Positions 17,815 to 26,729 of a DNA stretch of 64,000 nt are shown piece by piece (positions within the stretch are counted from its first letter, which is position 1; the number at the start of each line of letters is the position of its first letter). The stretch covers positions 298,947 through 362,946 of the forward strand of contig CAWJYE010000008.1 of assembly GCA_963847055.1 (NCBI GenBank), written 5' to 3'. The notes below the pieces were generated by a model. The model was not told where the DNA came from and made no database searches. It saw nothing but the letters and a program-made list of their open reading frames with translations. The translations under genes were made by a program, and so were the position numbers. This DNA is from an uncultured Solirubrobacterales bacterium. GTDB lineage: Bacteria > Actinomycetota > Thermoleophilia > Solirubrobacterales > Solirubrobacteraceae.

Positions 17815-19494
17815 CTAGAACAGCCCGACCGTGCGGCCGTCGGCGTCGATGTCGATGTTGAGAGCGGCGGGAGTCTTGCCCAACCCCGGCATCTGGGTGA
17901 TGTCGCCGCACAGCGGCACCAGCCACCCGGCGCCGGTGTAGGCGCGGATGTCGCGCACCGGGAGGGTGAAGTTCTCCGGGGCGTTGAGCAGCTGCGGGTC
18001 GGACGAGAGCGACAAGTGAGTCTTGGCCATGCAGACCGGGAAGTGACCGAGCCCTTCGCGGGTGAACTGGCCGATCTTGGCTTCGGCCTCGGGATAGAAG
18101 TAGACATCGCGGGCCCCATAGACACCCTTGGCGATCGCCTCGATCTTGTCCTGGATCGGCTCGTCGTCCCGGTAGAGCTGATGGAAGGTGTTGGGCTGCT
18201 CGCATGCCTCCACCACTGCCTCGGCCAGCTCGGCCGCGCCGGCACCGCCCTTGGTGAAGCCCTCGTTGGCCTCGGCCGCGAACGCCCCGTTCTCCATCGC
18301 CAGCCGCTTGACCAGCTCGACCTCTTCGTTGGTGTCACCGGGGCGGCGGTTGACCGCGACCACGGCGGGGACGCCAAAGGTCTTGATCGTCTTCAGGTGC
18401 CGGCGGACGTTGGCGAAGCCGACCTCGATCGCCTGCAGACTCGCGGCGCGGTCGACGCGCGGATCGTCCTCGATCCCGCTGTGATGCTTGATCGCGCGCA
18501 CGGTGGTGACCAGCACCGCCGCCGACGGGGTCAGCTTGCCGAAGCGGCAGACGATGTCAAAGAACTTCTCCATCCCCATGTCCGAGCCGAAACCCGACTC
18601 GGTGACGACATAGTCCCCGAGCTTCATCCCAACCATGTCGGCGATCAGCGAGTTGTTGCCATGGGCGATGTTGGCGAACGGCCCGCAGTGCATGAGGACC
18701 GGCTGACCCTCGAGCGTCTGCACGAGGTTGGGCTTGATCGCGTCCTTGAGGAGGACGGTCATCGCCCCCGCCGCGCCGAGATCCTCGGCCGTGATCGCGC
18801 GCGCGCCGTCAAACGAGTAGGCGGCCGTGATGTTGGCGATCCGCCGGCGCAGGTCCTGAAGGTCCCGGGACACCGCCATGATCGCCATCACCTCGGAGGC
18901 GGCGGTGATGTCGAAGCCGGTCTCCCGCGGGTAACCGTTGGCGCGGCCGCCGAGGCCGACGGCGATGTTGCGCAGGGCGCGGTCGTTCATATCCACCGCG
19001 CGCCGCCAGCCGACGCGCAGGGCGTCGATCTTGTGCGGGTTACCGTGCAGGATCGAGGCGTCGATCATCGCCGCCAGCAGGTTGTTGGCGGCCCCAATGG
19101 CGTGAATGTCGCCCGTGAAATGCAGGTTGAGGTCCTCCATCGGGACGACCTGGGTGAGGCCGCCACCAGCCGCGCCGCCCTTGATCCCGAACACCGGGCC
19201 GACCGATGCCTCACGCAGACAGGCCACCGGCTTGCGACCGATCACGCCCAGACCCTGGGTTAGGCCGACCAGCGTCGTGGTCTTGCCCTCGCCGGCCTTG
19301 GTGGGGGTCATGCCGGTGACACAGATGAGCTTTCCGTCCGGGCGGCTGGCGAGCCGGTCGAGCACCGAAAGGGCGATCTTGCCCTTGTAGCGCCCGTAAG
19401 GCTCGATCTCATCCGGCTCCAGGCCGGCGGCACTGGCGATCGACTCGATCGGCTGCAGTACCGCTTCCTGGGCGATTTCGAGGCTGCTCTTCAT
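17815..19494 (-). CDS. fhs: Formate--tetrahydrofolate ligase
   Basis: TPTKAGEGKTT, GPVFGIKGGAAGGG, NLHFTGDIHA, HCGPFANIAHGNNS, VTESGFG, CMAKTHLSLS, MPGLG. Confidence 0.97.
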   Translation of the reverse strand: MKSSLEIAQEAVLQPIESIASAAGLEPDEIEPYGRYKGKIALSVLDRLASRPDGKLICVTGMTPTKAGEGKTTTLVGLTQGLGVIGRKPVACLREASVGPVFGIKGGAAGGGLTQVVPMEDLNLHFTGDIHAIGAANNLLAAMIDASILHGNPHKIDALRVGWRRAVDMNDRALRNIAVGLGGRANGYPRETGFDITAASEVMAIMAVSRDLQDLRRRIANITAAYSFDGARAITAEDLGAAGAMTVLLKDAIKPNLVQTLEGQPVLMHCGPFANIAHGNNSLIADMVGMKLGDYVVTESGFGSDMGMEKFFDIVCRFGKLTPSAAVLVTTVRAIKHHSGIEDDPRVDRAASLQAIEVGFANVRRHLKTIKTFGVPAVVAVNRRPGDTNEEVELVKRLAMENGAFAAEANEGFTKGGAGAAELAEAVVEACEQPNTFHQLYRDDEPIQDKIEAIAKGVYGARDVYFYPEAEAKIGQFTREGLGHFPVCMAKTHLSLSSDPQLLNAPENFTLPVRDIRAYTGAGWLVPLCGDITQMPGLGKTPAALNIDIDADGRTVGLF

Positions 19495-19515
19495 CTCTCT
19501 CCTACCTCCACGGCG

Positions 19516-20730
19516 TTAGTGGCTGACAGCAGCGGCGGCGAGCTCAGAGACGAGCTTGTCCTCGTAGAAGCGCTCAAGGGCGAACGGTGCAATTAGGTCA
19601 GGCGTCCTACCGGTCGCCACGAGCTCCGCCAAGGTCTTGCCCACGATCGGGGCCGCTTTGAAGCCGTAAGTGCCCCAGCCGGCGCTGATGTGGAAGTTAT
19701 ATATCTCCGTTGTACCAAGGATCGGGCTGTAATCGGGAGACAGATCGCACAGACCGGCCCAACTGCGCAGCAGCCGAGCGCGCTCGAGCTGGGGAAAGAG
19801 CTCCATCGAATGGCGGCACACGTCCTGGAGGAAGTTGAGCGTGCCCTGCATCCGGTAGGTCGTCCAGGGTTCGATCTCGGCTCCCATCAGGAATTCGCCG
19901 CGATCGGTCTGGCTGATGTAAACGTGCATCTGGGAGGAGACGATGACCACATCGAGGAGCGGCTTGAGCGGCTCGGTCACGCACGCCTGGAGGATGTGGG
20001 TGGTGATCGGGAGCCCGACGCCGGCCATATCGGCGACCTGAGTGCTCCAGCCGGCGGTGCAGTTGAGGACCTGCCCGGCGGCCGTCGTTCCTTGGTTGGT
20101 CTCGACGTGAGTGATCCGGTTCCCGGTACGTCGCAACCCGGTGACGGTGGTGTTCTGGTGGATCTCTGCCCCGCCCGCGTCGGCGCTGCGGGCCAGGCCC
20201 CAGACCACGGCGTCGTGACGGATGATCCCGCCCGGGGGGTGATACAGCGCGCCCATGATCGGATGGATGGCGTGCGGGTTCTCGACCTGCATGGCCGGGG
20301 CGAGCTGCTTGATCTCATCGGGGTAGATCAGGCGCGAGTCGATGCCCTGGATGCGATTGACCTCGGCCCGGTTGGCCATCACGAACATCGCCCGGTCGGA
20401 GTGAGCGAGGGTCAGGTGGCCACACTGGGAGAACAAGAGGTTGAAGTCCAGCTCCTGTGAGAGTCCCTCGTAGAGCTTGACGCTGGCGTCGTAGAAGCGC
20501 GCGCCTTCGGGGGTTTTGTAGTTGGAGCGCAGGATCGTCGTGTTGCGCCCGGAGGCGCCTGACCCGATGTAGCGCTGCTCGAGGATGGCGACGTCAGTGA
20601 TCCCGTGATCGCGCAGGTAGTGCGCGGTGGCCAGCCCGTGGGAGCCGCCGCCGATGATGACCACGTCGTAGGAGCTCTTCAGCTGGGGCTGACGGCGCCA
20701 CATGCGGCGCTTGCGAAACAGGTCACGCAT
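19516..20730 (-). CDS. soxB: Heterotetrameric sarcosine oxidase family beta subunit
   Basis: GGGSHGLATA, GRNTTILRSNY, RHDAVVW (FMN-linked His position), GWGTYGFK, C-terminal AAAVSH. Confidence 0.88.
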   Translation of the reverse strand: MRDLFRKRRMWRRQPQLKSSYDVVIIGGGSHGLATAHYLRDHGITDVAILEQRYIGSGASGRNTTILRSNYKTPEGARFYDASVKLYEGLSQELDFNLLFSQCGHLTLAHSDRAMFVMANRAEVNRIQGIDSRLIYPDEIKQLAPAMQVENPHAIHPIMGALYHPPGGIIRHDAVVWGLARSADAGGAEIHQNTTVTGLRRTGNRITHVETNQGTTAAGQVLNCTAGWSTQVADMAGVGLPITTHILQACVTEPLKPLLDVVIVSSQMHVYISQTDRGEFLMGAEIEPWTTYRMQGTLNFLQDVCRHSMELFPQLERARLLRSWAGLCDLSPDYSPILGTTEIYNFHISAGWGTYGFKAAPIVGKTLAELVATGRTPDLIAPFALERFYEDKLVSELAAAAVSH

Positions 20731-21451
20731 GGCTGGACTCCGCGATCTCAGCCGGGGCCATGCTGGCCAGGGCGTCGGCTCCGATCGGCCGGGCGCCTAG
20801 ATGATGGCCGGCGTCGGCCACCACCGACCAGACGTACTCGGCGGTCGCCCAGCCGAACAGGAACAGGTAGCGTTGGGACGCCTCGCGGACCAGCACCGCT
20901 GGTTGGCGAGCGATCGAGCCGGGTCGCAGGGCCCCCACCGGAGTGCTCGAGGATCTCAGGTCCAGCGCGCTGAAGCGGGCGAAGACCTCGGTGGCCTGGG
21001 GGCCGACGATGGCCAGGGCCGCGAAGGTGGTGGACACGTCGACCACGCTCATGCCGGCGGCGCCCCGCTGCGCGCAGACCGCGGTCAGGCGCCCGCGCAG
21101 CGCCGCGGCCGGGGCCGGCTCGCCGATGACCAGTGCCCGGGTCGGGGTCAGCGGACACCACCAGGCGTCGTGCGCCCGGGTCGCGGTCCCAAGCTGCAGC
21201 GAGGAGCCCGCCAGCTCGGCGAGCTGCACAGCGGAACCCTGGAGTTCGAGCTTGCTCAGATGCGACACGTCGGCCCAGCCGGCCACGCGCTCGGCCGTCC
21301 GCCGCTCAGCCTCGGGGTCAGAGCCGTAGGCGGCGGCGACGTTCCAACCGGACCGGAGTTCGAAGCGAGCGCCCTCGTCGGCGGCGCTGGCCTCCATCGG
21401 CGAACGTGCCACCGCCGTGCTCGACGCGGGGACGAGAAAGTCGAGGCTCAT
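20723..21451 (-). CDS. soxG: Sarcosine oxidase family gamma subunit
   Basis: ADVSHLSKLELQG, VVDVSTTFAALAIVGP, AEYVWSVVADAG. Coupled to soxA and soxB. Confidence 0.75.
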   Translation of the reverse strand: MSLDFLVPASSTAVARSPMEASAADEGARFELRSGWNVAAAYGSDPEAERRTAERVAGWADVSHLSKLELQGSAVQLAELAGSSLQLGTATRAHDAWWCPLTPTRALVIGEPAPAAALRGRLTAVCAQRGAAGMSVVDVSTTFAALAIVGPQATEVFARFSALDLRSSSTPVGALRPGSIARQPAVLVREASQRYLFLFGWATAEYVWSVVADAGHHLGARPIGADALASMAPAEIAESSHA

Positions 21452-24330
21452 CACGAGCGCAGCACCTCCCCCTCGGGGTCATAGAAGGGCTTGGTCTGGA
21501 TCTCGGCCTCGAGCCTGCGCCCCTCGTCGGAGATCGCGATCCTGGCACCGTCCCGAGCCAGCGCGTCGGGCACCCAGGCGAGACCGATCGTGCGCCCGAG
21601 CACCGGGGAGTGGCGTGAGCTGGTGACCTGGCCGGCGGGCGTCCCGTGCTCATCCACGACCACGGCCCCCTCGGTGGGCACGTCGCCGCCGGGCAGCGTA
21701 AAGCCGACCAGTCGGGTGGACGGGGTCTGCTCTTCGTAGTGCTCCAGCGCCCAGCGTCCGATGAAATCCTGTTCCTTGTCGAGCTTGACGATCCAGGGCA
21801 TCGCGGCGCCGAACGGAGTTGATTCCGAGTCAGTGTCCTGGCCAACCAGGATGTGCATCTTCTGCAGGCGCAGGATCCGTTGGGGCTCAAGTCCGAACGG
21901 CCGCAGCCCGTGCGCGCGCCCGGCCTCCATCAGGGCATCCCAAATGTGCTCACCGTAGGCGGCTGGGAAGTGGATCTCGTAGCCGACCTCGCCGACGAAG
22001 CCGATGCGCAGGATCAGGCACGGCACGCCGGCGATCTCACCCTGCTGGCCATCGAGATAAGGAAAGGCGTCGTTGGACATGTCGAGGTCGCAGACGGCGC
22101 CCATGATCTCGCGGGCCCGGGGACCAGCCAGGTTGACGGCGGCCAGACCCTGGGTGACGTCGGTGAGGTGGACGCGGCTTTCCCAGTCGGCCAGCCACCA
22201 CGAGAACCACTCCTCGACGGCGCCGGCGCCGCTCGAAGTGGTCGTCACGTAGAACGTCTCTTCGTCGATCCGGCATACGGTGCCGTCGTCGACGATCCGG
22301 CCGGCGTCGGAGCTGATCACCCCGTAGCGGATCCGGCCTGGCTTCAGGTTCGAGAAACGGTTGGGATAGAGGCGATCGAGAAACTCGCCGGCGTCGGGAC
22401 CACGGACGATCAGCTTGCCGAGCGTCGAGACATCGATCAATCCCGCGGCCCGGTTGACGGCCAGCGCCTCACCCTCGGGATCGCCGTAGTCGTAGGCGCG
22501 CAGCCAGTCCCCAGCCCACTTCACGCTCGCGCCGAGCGCGCGATGGCGCCCGTGGAGAGAGGAGCGTTTGGCGGGCTCGACCGGCCGGCCCCCGAGGATC
22601 CCCATCGGCACCGACACCCAGGGCGGCCGCGCGGTCGTCGTTCCCACCGAGCTCAGGTCCTGGCCGGTCCCGGCCGCCATCAGGCGCACCGAGGGCAGCT
22701 GGCACATGCGCCCCTGGCACGGTCCCATGGTCACCGTCGTGTAGCGCTTGGCGAGCTCGATCGAGTCATAGCCCTCGGCGATCGCGTAGTCGACATCTTT
22801 GCTGGTGACGTCCTCGCACAGGCAGGCGAAGCACTTGCCGCGGTTCGAGCCGCTGACCGGCGGTGCCACCGCCAGGTCGGGGGCCTGCGCTCGGAGCGCG
22901 GCCAGGTCGTCGGCGAGCTGCCGGGCATCGGCGGGCGAGGCAGAGCTCTCGAGCCCCAACGCGTGCGCTGCCTGGAGACCGGCCAGCTGACCCGAACGCG
23001 CGATCTCGGCGTCACCCTGCACGCCGATCACCTCTCCGGCCGCGTAGACATCCTCGGGCAGCTGGTCAAGCGCAAAGTGACCCCGGGTGGGGTCGTAGAC
23101 GCTGGTCGCCCCCGCCTGGTGCAGCAGTGAGGTCGCCGGCGTGGTGCCGCCCGAGACGACGAGCAGATCACAGCCGAAGCGATGGCCCTCGGTGCTCCCC
23201 AGCGGAGCTATCACGACCTCGCGCACACCCTTGCTACCGCGCGCCTCGAGCACGGTGTGGCCGCTGAACACTGCGATCCCCTCACGCCGCAGGCCGCGGG
23301 CGAGCGCGCCCGCCTCGGGGCGCAGATCGGCGATGGCAGCGATCTCGACCCCCGCTTCGCGCAGTGCCCGGGCAGCGAGCAGACCGCGGTCCGAAGTGGT
23401 GGCGATCACCGCCCGCTTACCCGGCGCGACCGCGAACAGCGAGGCCAGGCGGCAAGCGCCACCGGCGAGCATCACGCCGGGAAGGTCGTTTCCGGCGAAC
23501 ACCAGCGGCTGCTCGATGACGCCGGTGGCGAACACCAGCTGCGCCGCCCGCACCTGATGCAGAGTGTCCTGTTGCCAGACCGCCACCAGCCCGTCGAAGC
23601 AGCCCAACGCGGAGCCACCGGCCAGGATCTCCACTCCCGCCCCGGCGACGCGCGCCGCCAGCTCGGCGGTGGCGGCGGCGGCCGCGGGCTCGAGCAGCTG
23701 CTGACCGCCCGGAGCGGGCCCCTCGTCAGCCAGCACGACGTCAGCTCCCAGCTCAGCGGCGGCGCGAGCTGCATTGAGTCCGGCCAGGCCCCCGCCGATG
23801 ACAAGCACATCGGCGTGACGGCGGCGGTACTCGGTCCGCCACTCGCGGTCGGCTTGCTCGTGGCGCAGGCGCCCGAGCCCGGCGGCATTGCGGAGGATCT
23901 TTTCGTACAGCGGCCACAGCCGGCGGGGACGAATGAAGGTCTTGTAGTAGAAGCCGGGGGGCATGAAGGGCCCGCCGACCAGGTCGGTGGCGCGCATCGC
24001 GTCGAACTCGAGTGCGGGCAATGCGTTGAGATGCTCGACCTTGATCCCCGGACGCACCGGCTCCACGCACGCGCGCGCTCCGGGGGCCCCGTCGATCGCC
24101 ACCAGGCAGTTGGGACACTGGCCGGCGCAGCACATGAGGCCACGACGGCGGTGGTACTTGAAGCTGCGCGAGAAGGTCCGCTGCCCGGCAGCGAACAGCG
24201 CCGAGCCGATCGTGTCGCCGGCGTAGGCCTCGACGCGCCGGCCGTCGAAGGTGAAGCTGACCGTCTGGGAGCGATCGATGCGCTGGCCGGCGCGGGCCGG
24301 TAGGCGCTCGCCGGGCGCGCGGGCGCTCAC
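21451..24330 (-). CDS. soxA: Sarcosine oxidase family alpha subunit with two Cys-rich [2Fe-2S]-type motifs
   Basis: FTFDGR, SRSFKYHR, GFYYKTF, IGGGLAGL, KRYTT, C-terminal GcvT-like THF domain (DVSTLGK, RIGFVGEVGYE, FYDPEG). GTG start at 24330 overlaps the soxD stop. Confidence 0.9.
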   Translation of the reverse strand: MSARAPGERLPARAGQRIDRSQTVSFTFDGRRVEAYAGDTIGSALFAAGQRTFSRSFKYHRRRGLMCCAGQCPNCLVAIDGAPGARACVEPVRPGIKVEHLNALPALEFDAMRATDLVGGPFMPPGFYYKTFIRPRRLWPLYEKILRNAAGLGRLRHEQADREWRTEYRRRHADVLVIGGGLAGLNAARAAAELGADVVLADEGPAPGGQQLLEPAAAAATAELAARVAGAGVEILAGGSALGCFDGLVAVWQQDTLHQVRAAQLVFATGVIEQPLVFAGNDLPGVMLAGGACRLASLFAVAPGKRAVIATTSDRGLLAARALREAGVEIAAIADLRPEAGALARGLRREGIAVFSGHTVLEARGSKGVREVVIAPLGSTEGHRFGCDLLVVSGGTTPATSLLHQAGATSVYDPTRGHFALDQLPEDVYAAGEVIGVQGDAEIARSGQLAGLQAAHALGLESSASPADARQLADDLAALRAQAPDLAVAPPVSGSNRGKCFACLCEDVTSKDVDYAIAEGYDSIELAKRYTTVTMGPCQGRMCQLPSVRLMAAGTGQDLSSVGTTTARPPWVSVPMGILGGRPVEPAKRSSLHGRHRALGASVKWAGDWLRAYDYGDPEGEALAVNRAAGLIDVSTLGKLIVRGPDAGEFLDRLYPNRFSNLKPGRIRYGVISSDAGRIVDDGTVCRIDEETFYVTTTSSGAGAVEEWFSWWLADWESRVHLTDVTQGLAAVNLAGPRAREIMGAVCDLDMSNDAFPYLDGQQGEIAGVPCLILRIGFVGEVGYEIHFPAAYGEHIWDALMEAGRAHGLRPFGLEPQRILRLQKMHILVGQDTDSESTPFGAAMPWIVKLDKEQDFIGRWALEHYEEQTPSTRLVGFTLPGGDVPTEGAVVVDEHGTPAGQVTSSRHSPVLGRTIGLAWVPDALARDGARIAISDEGRRLEAEIQTKPFYDPEGEVLRS

Positions 24331-24668
24331 CGGGTCGGCTCCGCAGCTCCGCCGACCGCGCCCGCTCCGTCGGATCCACCATTTGGCCCACCCGCCCGCG
24401 CGCCCGCCGCAGGCACCTCGGCCGGGCGGGCGGTGAAGAACACGTGGTTGGTGGTCGTGTCGCGCTCGGCGATGAACCAGGCGCGACACCCGGAGCGATG
24501 AAACCACCACTCGCGCTGGATCCCAGCCGTGTTGCGGCGGAAGTAGTTGTAGGCGCTGAGCTCGCGGAAGCTGGGACGAGCCGGGGGTCGAGGCGAGAGT
24601 TCGCCCCCGAAGGCGAAGTCAGTGACCTCGCGTGCGCCGCAGTTTGGGCACGTCAGGACGAACGACAC
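24327..24668 (-). CDS. soxD: Sarcosine oxidase family delta subunit
   Basis: CPNCGAR...EWWFHRSGCRAWFIAERDT Zn-binding pattern. Confidence 0.9.
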   Translation of the reverse strand: MSFVLTCPNCGAREVTDFAFGGELSPRPPARPSFRELSAYNYFRRNTAGIQREWWFHRSGCRAWFIAERDTTTNHVFFTARPAEVPAAGARAGGPNGGSDGAGAVGGAAEPTR

Positions 24669-24675
24669 CCCGCGG

Positions 24676-24743
24676 ACGCTACGACCGCGGACTGATCCTG
24701 TCCAATATCGATTCTGCGACTATTGATCTGCGTTTGCTATCAA
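24676..24743. promoter_or_regulatory. soxD leaderless -10 box and LysR-type operator
   Basis: Minus-strand TAGCGT (24676-24681) lies 7 nt upstream of the soxD GTG. TTGAT-N11-ATCAA (24723-24743) has T-N11-A geometry, next to the divergent lysR. Confidence 0.55.
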
Positions 24744-24755
24744 AGGACCCCAGCC

Positions 24756-25637
24756 GTGGAACTACGCCAGCTTCGCTATTTCGTCGCCGTCGCCGAGGAG
24801 CTTCACTTCCGTCGCGCGGCCGCGCGCCTGCATGTGTCCCAGCCGCCCATCAGCCAGCAGATCGCCCGTCTCGAGCGAGAGTTGGGCTGCCGCCTTCTCA
24901 ACCGCACCCAGCGACGGGTCGAGCTGACCGCGGCCGGCGAGGCGTTCCTGCGCGACGCCCGGGCGATGCTGGGCGAGCTCGAGGTCGCGGTGGCCACCGT
25001 GCGGCGGATCGACGTCGGCCAGGCGGGATTGCTGAGGATCAACTTCGTCGGCTCGGCGCTGCTATCGATCGTTCCCGGGATCGTCCAACGCTTCCGCCGC
25101 GGGCGGCCGAACGTCGAGATCGAGCTCCGCGAGCGCTCGACGCTCGCGCAGCTGCGGGCCCTGACCGCCGGGGTCGTCGACGTCGGGCTGGTGCGGCCCC
25201 CGATCGACCCCGACGATGGGCTCCGGACCGAGGTGGTGATGCGCGAGCGCACCGTGGCCGCGATCCCCGCCGGTCACCCGCTGGCCAAGCTGCGGCGGGT
25301 GCCGCTTGCGCGCCTGGCCGCCGAGCCGCTGGTCCTGTTTCCGCGCGAGCAGGCGCCCGGCTACCACGACCTCCTCACCGGCCGGCTCGCCGCTACCGGC
25401 ACCTCGCCACAGGTCGTCCAGTACGCGCCCGAGATGCTGACCATCATCGGCCTCGTCGCCGCCGGGATCGGCGTCTCCCCGGTTCCCGCCTCGGTCGCCC
25501 GGCTGGCGCTCGACGGGGTCACCTACCGCCCGCTGGTGGGCGCACCCGACACCGAGCTGCTGGCGCTCACGCGCGCCGGCGATGAGTCGCCGTTAGTGAG
25601 GGCTTTCCTCGCCGACGCCCGTGAGCACCGGGATTGA
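24756..25637 (+). CDS. LysR-family transcriptional regulator
   Basis: ELRQLRYFVAVAEELHFRRAAARLHVSQPPISQQIARLE. AAAGGA RBS before GTG 24756. Confidence 0.95.
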   Translation: MELRQLRYFVAVAEELHFRRAAARLHVSQPPISQQIARLERELGCRLLNRTQRRVELTAAGEAFLRDARAMLGELEVAVATVRRIDVGQAGLLRINFVGSALLSIVPGIVQRFRRGRPNVEIELRERSTLAQLRALTAGVVDVGLVRPPIDPDDGLRTEVVMRERTVAAIPAGHPLAKLRRVPLARLAAEPLVLFPREQAPGYHDLLTGRLAATGTSPQVVQYAPEMLTIIGLVAAGIGVSPVPASVARLALDGVTYRPLVGAPDTELLALTRAGDESPLVRAFLADAREHRD

Positions 25638-26615
25638 GTCCGGGCGCCGCCGGCGGGCCTCGATCTGCTCGAGCTTGGCCAGCAGGCTCTCGGCCATCCT
25701 GATCGAGGCGGCGTCGATCAGCCGGCCGTCGAGCGAGACGGCGCCCTTGCCCTGGGCCGCCGCCTCCTCCATCGCGGCGACGATCCGGCGGGTCTTCTCG
25801 ACGATCCGCTCACTGGGCGTGAACACCTCGTTGGCAAGCTCGATCTGGGACGGGTGGATAGCCCACTTGCCCTCGTAGCCAAGCACGGCCGCCCGGCGGG
25901 CGGAGGCGAGATAGCCGTCGGGATCGGTGAAGTCCCCGAACGGCCCATCGATCGGACGCAGCCCGTAGGCCCGGCAGACGACCGCGATCCGCGCCAGCGC
26001 GAAGTGCCACTGATCGCCCAGGTGGCGCTCGCGCTCGCTCGCGCCATCCGCGTCGGCGAGCATCGCATAGTCCGGGTTGGTGCCCCCGATCGAGGTCGTG
26101 TGGCTCTGGATCGAGGCGGCGTAGTCGGCGACCCCGAAAACCATCGCCTCCATCCGCTCCGGACATGCCCGCGCGATCTCCTCACAGTTGACCATTCCGA
26201 TGGCGGTCTCGATCAACACGCTGATCGCGATCCGGCCACCCAGTCCGATCGCGTCCTCGATCTGGCTGAGCAACGTCGCCACCAGGTGGATGTCGGCGCC
26301 GCAGCTCGCCTTGGGGATCATGATCGAGTCCAGGTGGCTGCCCGCCTGCTCAACGACGTCGACGAGGTCGCGATAGCAATAGCGCGTGTCGAGACCGTTG
26401 ATCCGCAACGAGACTGAGCAGCCCGACCAGTCCTGCTCGCGCAGCGCGTCGATCACGTTGCGCCGCGCCTGCTCCTTGTCATCGGGGGCGACCGCATCCT
26501 CGAGGTCGAGCATCACGATGTCGGCTCCGGCCCTCGGAGCCTTCTCCAGCATCCGGACGTTGCTGCCCGGAACAGCGAGCTCACTGCGATGAAGGCGCGT
26601 CGGCGTCGGGCTCAT
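25593..26615 (-). CDS. mcl: Malyl-CoA/beta-methylmalyl-CoA lyase (CitE-like superfamily)
   Basis: RLHRSELAVPGSN, LDLEDAVAPDDKEQAR, RINGLDT, FGVADYAAS, RAYGLRPIDGPFGDF, GKWAIHPSQI, AVSLDGRLIDAASIRMAE closely follow remembered Methylorubrum MclA. Confidence 0.87.
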   Translation of the reverse strand: MSPTPTRLHRSELAVPGSNVRMLEKAPRAGADIVMLDLEDAVAPDDKEQARRNVIDALREQDWSGCSVSLRINGLDTRYCYRDLVDVVEQAGSHLDSIMIPKASCGADIHLVATLLSQIEDAIGLGGRIAISVLIETAIGMVNCEEIARACPERMEAMVFGVADYAASIQSHTTSIGGTNPDYAMLADADGASERERHLGDQWHFALARIAVVCRAYGLRPIDGPFGDFTDPDGYLASARRAAVLGYEGKWAIHPSQIELANEVFTPSERIVEKTRRIVAAMEEAAAQGKGAVSLDGRLIDAASIRMAESLLAKLEQIEARRRRPDSIPVLTGVGEESPH

Positions 26616-26650
26616 GGGTCGGCGAAGTAGAGCGTCTGGTTACCGTGATT

Positions 26651-26678
26651 ACAAATTCAATTCTTTAGATGAATTTGT
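26651..26678. promoter_or_regulatory. Perfect 9-bp inverted repeat in the mcl/aminotransferase divergent promoter
   Basis: ACAAATTCA-N10-TGAATTTGT within a markedly AT-rich patch. Confidence 0.6.
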
Positions 26679-26729
26679 TCCAAACTTCGATGAATCAGCT
26701 CGGGCGGCTGGGGTAGACTCGCCTCGCCG

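Noticed and set aside
16990-19263. 757-aa plus-strand ORF, and similar long ORFs at 11981-13519, 39527-41323 and 47495-49030
   Set aside because: These are antisense shadows of well-supported genes, expected in high-GC DNA, and carry no motifs.
24723-24743. FNR box
   Set aside because: FNR needs TTGAT-N4-ATCAA. The N11 spacing and adjacent lysR fit an LTTR site.
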